Positions 24,998 through 31,693 of a DNA stretch of 32,000 bases are shown here, in pieces (position 1 is the stretch's first letter; every line of letters starts with the position of its first letter). The stretch covers positions 1,020,001 through 1,052,000 of the forward strand of contig NC_007614.1 in NCBI RefSeq assembly GCF_000196355.1, in the 5' to 3' direction. The DNA comes from Nitrosospira multiformis ATCC 25196 (GTDB lineage Bacteria > Pseudomonadota > Gammaproteobacteria > Burkholderiales > Nitrosomonadaceae). The position numbers and the translations under genes were made by a program. The notes under the pieces are model-generated. The model had not been told where the DNA came from and ran no database searches. It worked only from the letters and a program-made list of their open reading frames with translations.

Positions 24998-25270
24998 CTA
25001 TGGCGATATCGTGCCGAACAGGGTTCCATCCGGCGCGGTGACGCGGATTTCCGCGCGTTTGGGAAGCACGCGCGTACGTACTTCAACCCGGACCTTTTCA
25101 TTGCCGGAAACCGGGCGCGGAAGCGTGAGTTCGATCACGCCCTGTGGCACCTCGATCTGCGCAAAAGCGCCATTTCCCAGTATGGACGAGAATCCCAGTA
25201 TGGACGAGAATATCAGAACGGCAATTACCGTGGCGAAGCGTAGCTGCCATCTGCATTTCGCGGCAGTCAA
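24998..25270 (-). CDS. Small secreted protein of unknown function, translationally coupled to tyrosinase
   Basis: 90 aa. The TTG start overlaps the tyrosinase TGA (TTGA). The signal peptide is convincing: K/R-rich n-region, hydrophobic core and an AFA-Q cleavage site. The mature part is beta-rich (IEVPQGVIELTLPRPVSGNEKVRVEVRTRVL...). I recognise no family. Confidence 0.55.
   Translation of the reverse strand: MTAAKCRWQLRFATVIAVLIFSSILGFSSILGNGAFAQIEVPQGVIELTLPRPVSGNEKVRVEVRTRVLPKRAEIRVTAPDGTLFGTISP
25186..25221. repeat. Perfect 18-bp tandem duplication (CCCAGTATGGACGAGAAT x2)
   Basis: Read directly from the sequence. It is in frame and duplicates FSSILG within the signal-peptide core of the small secreted protein. 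Confidence 0.95.
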
Positions 25271-26967
25271 TGGGCCTCCACAACAATGGAAAGTACCTCC
25301 GCTTTCGGTTCCGTGCCAGGGGCATGTCTTGCCATCGGTACTCCCGGTTTTACCATTCGCTCCGAAACAATCCGGATATTCAACGCCCCGCTGTCTGTAA
25401 GCTGCGCGTTCTGCCGCATTGCCTCGATCGTGCCCGATAAAGGCACGGTAAAGGTAACCGGAGCCTGTATGGTGTGATGACCGAACATCGAGAGCGTACC
25501 GACGTAGTGAGGACTGGAGGGGTCCGTTCGACTGTTCCCGTCATCCACCATCACGGCAAAATCATGATGGTGCGCCAGCGGCGGCAGCGCCAGGGTGATC
25601 TTTGCATACAATCGCGGCGTTTCCGCCTGTGCGCGCAAGCCAAGCAGCGGAGACGGAAGTGTCACGACCGCGCTTGCCGCCTGCTCCCCGCTCACCACGG
25701 AACGGGTGATCTGGGCCCGGGTGCTCTCGGAGGGTACCGCTGCGCCCAGCAGTGAGGCGAACATGGGAGGCGCCACCACTTCCTCCCCGGAGCCGGGCTC
25801 ATAATCGTAATTGAAATCCCCGATAGCCGCGTAGTCCCCGGCGGTTCTTTTCTTCGCCGGCTTTCCCTTTGCATCGACAAAGAAAAGAAACGGTTCCCTC
25901 GACCAGGCGTCGAAATCCGCGCCTTCGGGCAAGGCAGGATATCCCCTCGCCAACTGCTTCCGGGTCCATACATCCCAAAGCCGATCGATATTCGCATGGT
26001 GCAGAAAAAAAAGCGGGTCGACAGGCGATAGATTGGCCTGCATGAAGCCGCCGTTGTTGGTGGTGTTGCCATTGGGGTCGGTAAAGATGCCGCCGACGCA
26101 GTTGTGCACCCTGTTGTGCGGCTGTCCTTCCAGCACGCCAAATCCGGTGAGGGCACTGTGACCAAGGGTCTTTGGGCTGGCAAACGTGAGGAAATCGCGA
26201 GGGGCCAGCGCGTCCAGCAATGTTTGCAGGGAGACGGCCTTCGTTGTTTTTCCATCGAGCTCCGGCTTTTCCCGGGTCGTGCCGCGCGCCTGTTTCAGAT
26301 CGAAAAAAAAGCGGCCTCTCGGATCGTTTAGCATATCGAACCACAGATCCTCGGGGGAGCGGATTCCCCGGGCGAGGAGCTGACCATACTGCGTCTCATC
26401 ATCGAATTCACCATTCGGCCCGCAAAAACGCTTCCAGTAATCCGCCCTGGCGATTACCCCGCGAAAGCGGTTCTGAAATTCGCGCGAGTTTGCAATATAG
26501 GCCGGATGAGCGGGGGTGAGCACATCCTCGAACATGACGGCGGGCACGCGTGCCTGAAAGGGACTGTCGGGGTCCGTATTCTCCGTCCAATCCCAGTAGG
26601 GAAGAGCAAACCCTGGGTCGCCGCTGAGCTCACGGCAAATCTGCTCGAACCAGCCGATATAGCCGCGGTGCCAGACCAGAAACCACCAGTTGCCGTGCGG
26701 GCAATCCATCGTGTGAGTGAGCGCGATGCGATACCAGTTGCGAGGGTCTTCCGGCGGGAGCTTGAGCATCCTGGCGATAGCCCTCTTGTAGCTTTCGATG
26801 GCGCGCTTTGCCCCAGGGTTCAGAACGTTCAAACGCCGATACTTTGCTTTCCCTTGTGCCTGGGCTCCGAAGGGCAGGGCAGAAGCGCCGATGGCGGCGG
26901 TGGTCGCCGCCGCAGCTTTCAGGAATGTGCGGCGGGACATGGTGGATGAGAACAATTTTGGCTGCAT
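25267..26967 (-). CDS. Tat-exported tyrosinase / polyphenol oxidase (type-3 copper) with a C-terminal extension
   Basis: 566 aa. The twin-arginine signal is MSRRTFLKAAAATTAAIGA. CuA is HGNWWFLVWHRGYIGWFE...LPYWDW. CuB is PHNRVHNCVGG...FFLHHANIDRLW. About 190 further aa may form a lid domain. The start is 26967 or 26940. Confidence 0.9.
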   Translation of the reverse strand: MQPKLFSSTMSRRTFLKAAAATTAAIGASALPFGAQAQGKAKYRRLNVLNPGAKRAIESYKRAIARMLKLPPEDPRNWYRIALTHTMDCPHGNWWFLVWHRGYIGWFEQICRELSGDPGFALPYWDWTENTDPDSPFQARVPAVMFEDVLTPAHPAYIANSREFQNRFRGVIARADYWKRFCGPNGEFDDETQYGQLLARGIRSPEDLWFDMLNDPRGRFFFDLKQARGTTREKPELDGKTTKAVSLQTLLDALAPRDFLTFASPKTLGHSALTGFGVLEGQPHNRVHNCVGGIFTDPNGNTTNNGGFMQANLSPVDPLFFLHHANIDRLWDVWTRKQLARGYPALPEGADFDAWSREPFLFFVDAKGKPAKKRTAGDYAAIGDFNYDYEPGSGEEVVAPPMFASLLGAAVPSESTRAQITRSVVSGEQAASAVVTLPSPLLGLRAQAETPRLYAKITLALPPLAHHHDFAVMVDDGNSRTDPSSPHYVGTLSMFGHHTIQAPVTFTVPLSGTIEAMRQNAQLTDSGALNIRIVSERMVKPGVPMARHAPGTEPKAEVLSIVVEAH

Positions 26968-26998
26968 GGATTAAACCCTGTTTATGGTTATCGATTCT

Positions 26999-27034
26999 GG
27001 ATAAAGCTGAACGGATAAAGTCGGATGGATAAAG
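26999..27034. repeat. Three phased direct repeats GGATAAAG at an exact 14-bp period upstream of tyrosinase
   Basis: Copies lie at 26999-27006, 27013-27020 and 27027-27034. On the gene strand they read CTTTATCC, 32-67 bp upstream of the tyrosinase ORF start. Confidence 0.8.
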
Positions 27035-27425
27035 CTTGACGGGACGGCGGGCATGGGGCACGCAATTTCCCGGAAATGAGAAGTGACGGGAGTTAAAAGA
27101 AACTTTCCGAAAGAATCTTTCTTTCAGCCATGCGGTTCAGCCTCCTGCCTCGTCCCGCTCAGGCATTTGGCATGGCCGCAAAGAATCAGGATTAGATAAC
27201 CAAATGGAAGCCAGGAGTAGCTGTAAAATCTTACAGGTAGCGGTTCGTGTTGGCGGAGTGTAGTTAGGGGAGACGATATTCCGCTCGTGGAATGAAACTC
27301 TCCGGGAAGCGGGAGCAGCGGATAGCGGTGCGGGAATCGGAAGTCAGCTCATATCCAATAACAGCTCGTTCTCCTGCCACAATCTTGATCAGCGCAGAAA
27401 ACTCAAGCCCAGACACGAGCTTAGA

Positions 27426-27459
27426 GAGTTATCAACAGAGCTATCCACGAGCTATCCAC
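27426..27459. repeat. Three tandem iteron-like / DnaA-box-like units (GAGTTATCAACA GAGCTATCCAC GAGCTATCCAC)
   Basis: Read directly from the sequence. The cores TTATCAACA and CTATCCACG (x2) resemble the DnaA box TTATCCACA, with 1 and 2 mismatches respectively. The 11-bp phasing puts them on one helical face. They lie about 200 bp upstream of the PIN-like gene. Confidence 0.6.
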
Positions 27460-27550
27460 GCCAATCGGGGAAAACTTCATCAGGTGTTAAGTTTCGGGGG
27501 AGCAATAGTTAAGATTAATTTATTCCCAGCGGGGGAAGTAAAAAGGAGGA

Positions 27551-27564
27551 TGGAACCGGTTCCA
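27551..27564. promoter_or_regulatory. Perfect 14-bp palindrome TGGAACCGGTTCCA (operator candidate)
   Basis: Seen in the sequence, 95 bp upstream of the PIN-like ATG. Confidence 0.3.
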
Positions 27565-27658
27565 GTTCACATTCAGGGGCCTCATACTGATATATAAGAG
27601 ATGGGCTGGTAATGCGTGCGTTACCCCTGTTTTGTACCAGCACTTAACTGGAACAAAT

Positions 27659-28624
27659 ATGAAAGTTTTTATCGATACAAATATTCTCCTAGACATTTAT
27701 CATCTATCCGGGCCTGACCTTGAGGAACTCCGAAAACTCAAGAAGATGGTTGAAAAGGGTAAGGTCGAATTGCTTGTGTCCATGCAGGTTATTGACGAGT
27801 TCTGGCGAAACCGAGAGCGGGTCATTGCGGACGCTATGCGGAAATTTCGTGAGTCAAAAGCTTCGGCACAAATTCCCAACATCATTCGAATCTATCCTGA
27901 GGCCAAGGAACTAAAGGAAGCGGTTGATAAGGTGAACGAAGTCGTCAAACAGCTTGCAGCTAAGGCAAGGGTAGACATTGAAGCCGATACCTTAAAATCC
28001 GATGAGGTAATAAGAGAGATATTTTCTGCCATCAAAGTTGGCGCGGTGAGCCCATCCCTTATAGAACAGGCACAATTGCGCTCCAAAGTTGGAAACCCTC
28101 CCGGGAAGAAAGACAGCCTTGGAGACGCCATTAATTGGGAGTGGCTCCTCGAACAGGAAATCGAATTCTGGGACGATGAGCTTATTATTATCAGCGCCGA
28201 TGGGGACTACGAGTCAGAATTGTCCAAAGGAAAGCCTAAAGAGTATTTGCTGAGGGAATGGAACGAAAAGAATACGAGCTGTGAACTCAAACTGGAGAAG
28301 TCGCTCGCGGATTTCTTTAAAGCCAAATTCCCTGACATTCAACTGGCGGAGGAAATCGATAAGATTGAAGCCATAGAACGGCTTGAGGAATCCGGCTCTT
28401 TCGCTGCCACGCATAGAGCAGTTTCGACGCTTGATGATTACGATGATTTCAAAGATTCAGAAGTCAAGCGCATCATCAAAGCTTATTTAGACAACAATCA
28501 GATTCGAAGGATTCTTGAAGATGAAGATGTCAGAGAGTTTGCTTTGAAGGTGGTCGGATTAGCCAAGTCAGAAGAAACAATTGGTCTTTCAAAGTCGTTG
28601 AAGGAGCTTCTTGAGCCGCTTTAA
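27659..28624 (+). CDS. Stand-alone PIN-like (DUF4935-type) nuclease-domain protein with an unknown C-terminal helical region
   Basis: MKVFIDTNILLDIYHLSG...VIDEFWRNRERVI...KDSLGDAINWEWLLE...IIISADGDY places acidic residues in a PIN-like order (D, E, D, D). The last ~110 aa are acidic and helical with no recognisable family. I prefer the ATG at 27659 over the TTG at 27632. Confidence 0.65.
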   Translation: MKVFIDTNILLDIYHLSGPDLEELRKLKKMVEKGKVELLVSMQVIDEFWRNRERVIADAMRKFRESKASAQIPNIIRIYPEAKELKEAVDKVNEVVKQLAAKARVDIEADTLKSDEVIREIFSAIKVGAVSPSLIEQAQLRSKVGNPPGKKDSLGDAINWEWLLEQEIEFWDDELIIISADGDYESELSKGKPKEYLLREWNEKNTSCELKLEKSLADFFKAKFPDIQLAEEIDKIEAIERLEESGSFAATHRAVSTLDDYDDFKDSEVKRIIKAYLDNNQIRRILEDEDVREFALKVVGLAKSEETIGLSKSLKELLEPL

Positions 28625-28855
28625 GATGAAAATCAACTTTCACCTTCAGCCTAATTGTGCGCTGCATGTAGAAGCTAGCTTCCTGCCGGTATTGTTCCCC
28701 ATTTTTCTAATGTTCCGGTCGATTGTGCGAGCGTCGAACCGTGCTTAATCTCGCATTTCCAGGTGGACTTCAATATCACCCGAGTACAGGACTTAGAGCC
28801 GCCGAATGCTGCTCCCTTTCACGGTATTAGGGGACTTTCAAGAAAGCAGTTTCAA

Positions 28856-28878
28856 TTGGCGGAGAGAGAGACCGCCAA
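28856..28878. other. Hairpin TTGGCGG-(agagagaga)-CCGCCAA upstream of the integrase
   Basis: A 7-bp perfect stem with a 9-nt purine loop. No U-tract follows. Confidence 0.3.
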
Positions 28879-28949
28879 CCTACCGTTTCATGGTGTCTCA
28901 GAAATTCCTATAAGACTTGGTTTTACTTATCTTTTTTTAAATACTTGCC

Positions 28950-28978
28950 TTGACGTGTTCCAGGTTGTCCCATAGTAT
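28950..28978 (+). promoter_or_regulatory. Sigma70-like promoter candidate for the integrase
   Basis: TTGACG (28950-28955), a 17-nt spacer, then TAGTAT (28973-28978). It lies 24 nt upstream of the first ATG. Confidence 0.4.
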
Positions 28979-29001
28979 CCCAGTCTCATATGTAGGTAGA
29001 A

Positions 29002-30225
29002 ATGGGGGTAGAAATGAGACGCCAAACGTGTAGGTTATCAGCAAAGGAAGTGTCTAACAAGAAGAAGCCAGGTTACTACTGCGATGGTGCGGGGCTCTAT
29101 CTGCAGATAAGTGACTCGGGCAGCAAGTCGTGGATATTCCGCTATACCTTGAACGGCAAGAACCGGCACATGGGTTTAGGGCCAGTTCATACTGTCTCCC
29201 TGGCTGATGCACGCACTGCCGCCGTTCAATGCCGGCAATTGCTGCTTCGCAAAATGGATCCTATTACAGCACGTGATGCTGAGCACGCACAGCAGTCACT
29301 TGAAGCTGCAAGGTCAATGACTTTTTCCGAGTGTGCTGCTCTCTATATTAAAGCCCATCGCTCCAGCTGGAAGAACACAAAACATGCCGATCAGTGGACA
29401 AATACCATCAAGACTTATTGCGGACCTGTCATAGGCCCGTTATCCGTCCAGGATGTCGATACGAAGCTGATTATGAAGGTGCTAGACCCGATCTGGGAAC
29501 AGAAACCGGAGACAGCCAGCCGATTACGCGGGCGTATAGAATCTGTACTTGATTGGGCTACAGTCAGAGGTTATCGAGAAGGAGATAATCCCGCCCGATG
29601 GCGAGGGTATCTTAGTCATGCGCTACCCTCGCTTAAAAAGAAACTCAGGGTAAAACATCATCCGGCCTTACAGTTCAGCCAGATGGCTGAATTTATGGGA
29701 TTGCTTCGAGCAGAGGAAGGCATTGCTGCAAGAGCACTGGAATTCCTAATTCTCACAGCCGCACGAACTAGTGAGGTTATCGGTGCAAGATGGGAAGAGT
29801 TGGATCTAAAGGCTTCGATCTGGACTATTCCAGGTACGCGCATGAAAGCGGATGACCCGCATCGAGTACCGCTTTCGGGAAGAGCTTTGGAAATTATCTT
29901 GAACTTGGAGAAGATAAAGCAAAGCGACTATGTATTTCCAGGGCAGAAGATCGAAAAGCCGCTAAGCAATAACGCCATGCTTAAGGTACTCGAACGCATG
30001 GGAAGGAATGATATAACCGTACATGGTTTTCGCTCATCATTTCGAGACTGGGCTTCGGAATGCACAAATTTTCCAAGAGACGTATGTGAGATGGCGCTTG
30101 CCCATACGATAAGCAATAAAGCAGAAGCAGCTTATCGTCGAGGAGACTTGTTCGAGAAGCGGAGGGTATTGATGGAAGAGTGGGCGGGATATTGCTACGA
30201 TGGCTCAGCAATTATGTCAAGGTAA
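29002..30225 (+). CDS. int: Tyrosine recombinase / integrase, P4-like (Arm-type DUF4102 N-domain)
   Basis: 407 aa. The N-terminal KPGYYCDGAGLYLQISDSGSKSWIFRY...GLGP...SLADAR is the arm-binding domain. The C-terminal catalytic residues are ...TAARTSEV...HGFRSSFRDW...LAHT...AYRR (R, H-x-x-R, H, Y). The initiation region GGTAGAAATG is duplicated at 28995-29004 and 29007-29016, so the start may be 29002 or 29014. Confidence 0.9.
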   Translation: MGVEMRRQTCRLSAKEVSNKKKPGYYCDGAGLYLQISDSGSKSWIFRYTLNGKNRHMGLGPVHTVSLADARTAAVQCRQLLLRKMDPITARDAEHAQQSLEAARSMTFSECAALYIKAHRSSWKNTKHADQWTNTIKTYCGPVIGPLSVQDVDTKLIMKVLDPIWEQKPETASRLRGRIESVLDWATVRGYREGDNPARWRGYLSHALPSLKKKLRVKHHPALQFSQMAEFMGLLRAEEGIAARALEFLILTAARTSEVIGARWEELDLKASIWTIPGTRMKADDPHRVPLSGRALEIILNLEKIKQSDYVFPGQKIEKPLSNNAMLKVLERMGRNDITVHGFRSSFRDWASECTNFPRDVCEMALAHTISNKAEAAYRRGDLFEKRRVLMEEWAGYCYDGSAIMSR

Positions 30226-30320
30226 TAACTATAGGGAATGCTTCTGTTCGAATCATCTGCAAGAAGTACTTGCCAGTTTAGGCTTCTATAAAAAGTCAGA
30301 GTCAGTTGTTGAATCTAATG

Positions 30321-30380
30321 GAGGGAACTTAAAATCCCTCGGGCTTAACCGCCCGTGCCGGTTCGATACGGCTGCGGGAC
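30321..30380 (+). other. tRNA-like fragment: three consecutive hairpins including a T-loop-like GGTTCGATA
   Basis: The hairpins are GAGGGA-acttaaaa-TCCCTC, GGGC-ttaacc-GCCC and CCCGTGCCG-gttcgata-CGGC(t)GCGGG. I could find no matching 5' acceptor strand or D-arm, so this is not a complete tRNA. It may be an att-site or tRNA remnant about 100 bp downstream of the integrase. Confidence 0.25.
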
Positions 30381-30727
30381 TAATATCCAAGAGCATAGAT
30401 GTGTTCTAATCTTTCCGTCTATAATTATTTACTGTCAGGTTGACAACCCAGCCCAAAGCTGAAGTTGTTCTATTAGCATATTGCTAAACATCATACCGCT
30501 GGCAGCTGGTCGGCTGTTCCTCGTCGACAACAACATCCCACCCATCTCCTCAAGCAGAGCCCACCTTTCCGTGCAGTGACTGTTTTTGAAAAGATTGCAG
30601 CGTGTTCAAGGATCTGTCTTTATCAAAACTGTCTACCACAGCTGTTAGATTCACATATCATGGTGCAGAGGGAAGATAGGGCATCCTGCTTTTATTGACA
30701 CCAGCCAAGCTCATTTGCATGAGAGCA

Positions 30728-31663
30728 TCAATCTCCCGATTTCTCATTCCTGGATGTTAACGAGTAATTTGAGCTGCGGATCGATTCTCCCGATGCGCGT
30801 CGATGAACAGTTTGATGCATAACGCGCGTGTTCACACCCGGCACGCTCACCCTGCATTTTATGCCTGCAGGTAGTTTGGAATCATCATTGGCAATTTCCA
30901 TTCGTACCCCAAAAGTACCGCTCGCTGTATCCATGACTTTATCTACGATTTTCACTCTGGCTTTATAAGACCCCCCCACAGGCGCCTCCGGAAATACTTC
31001 CAATAGTTGCCCTGGTTTGACCTTTCCATAAGCCTCGAGCGGGAGAAGTGTTTCTACATGTAAAACTGTAATATCCGCTATTTTCAAAATAATTTTCCGA
31101 TTATCACTCCTTGCGTCTGTCAACTCTCCAGGGTGCATCATCCGGTCGACGACAATTCCATTGAATGGACTTCTTACGGTCCGTAGACGTAGCTGTTCAC
31201 TGGCACGCCGGTACTCGAGCTGAGCCACGCGTTTATTATCCAGAGCCTCCTTTAGCTCTGCTTCAGCCAGTCGTTTCTCTGTCTCTGCTTCATCACGATC
31301 CTGTGTAGATACAAACTTCTGTGCAAGTAATTGTTCACGGCGATGATGCTTCAAGGTCGCATATTCGGATCGACTCTGGCTGGCCTGTATAGCACCTTCC
31401 ATAGTTGAACGGTATTTGGCAAGCTCGGTAGTCGCTTTTTCCAAGCCTGAATCCAGCGTTACAAGTATCTGACCAGTATTGACGGCGTCACCGCGATCCA
31501 CCCAGATTTTTTCGATAATTCCGGTCGTGCTCGGTCGGATCTCTACTATCTGGCGCGCCTCGATCAGGCAGTCAAACTCCCCTGCCCACCCAAATGCCGC
31601 CCCCCAAGAGGATACGCAGGCAAACGTAACTTGTGCCCAAAAGCGCCTCACATTAATAGTCAA
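30728..31663 (-). CDS. Membrane-fusion protein (HlyD / RND-adaptor family periplasmic adaptor)
   Basis: 311 aa with an N-terminal signal or anchor. Its parts are a lipoyl-like IRPSTTGIIEKIWVDRGDAVNTGQILVTLD, a coiled coil (EAETEKRLAEAELKEALDNKRVAQLEYRRASEQL), then VRSPFNGIVV and a beta-barrel. The start is a TTG with GGAAGGA 8 nt upstream. Confidence 0.8.
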   Translation of the reverse strand: MTINVRRFWAQVTFACVSSWGAAFGWAGEFDCLIEARQIVEIRPSTTGIIEKIWVDRGDAVNTGQILVTLDSGLEKATTELAKYRSTMEGAIQASQSRSEYATLKHHRREQLLAQKFVSTQDRDEAETEKRLAEAELKEALDNKRVAQLEYRRASEQLRLRTVRSPFNGIVVDRMMHPGELTDARSDNRKIILKIADITVLHVETLLPLEAYGKVKPGQLLEVFPEAPVGGSYKARVKIVDKVMDTASGTFGVRMEIANDDSKLPAGIKCRVSVPGVNTRVMHQTVHRRASGESIRSSNYSLTSRNEKSGD

Positions 31664-31693
31664 CGTTTGATTCCTTCCAATCGAGATATATCA

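Noticed and set aside
25692-26344. 187-aa and 181-aa minus-strand alternative-frame ORFs, plus several plus-strand ORFs inside the tyrosinase gene
   Set aside because: The tyrosinase frame carries both copper-site motifs. The others are overlapping shadow frames.
27167-27182. Sigma54-like TGGCAT...GCA string (also CTGGCAG at 9806-9819)
   Set aside because: The GG-to-GC spacing is 2-3 nt shorter than the required TGGCAC-N5-TTGC geometry.
27321-27358. Candidate direct repeat with 30365-30390 (12/15 plus an 8-mer) as island att sites
   Set aside because: An 8-mer and a 7-mer shared between two 500-bp regions are expected by chance, and the spacing between the two blocks differs by 12 nt. It is kept only as a note under the tRNA-like finding.
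27292-27597. 101-aa plus-strand ORF in the island's leading intergenic region
   Set aside because: It has no SD and spans the iteron-like repeats and the palindrome. Its composition is not protein-like. The AAGGAGG near 27543 abuts an internal ATG with zero spacing.
28700-28800. Possible tRNA or tmRNA immediately upstream of the integrase (GTCGAACC and TGCGAG...CTCGCA strings)
   Set aside because: I could not build a cloverleaf on either strand. The T-arm pairing fails and there is no acceptor stem or CCA context.
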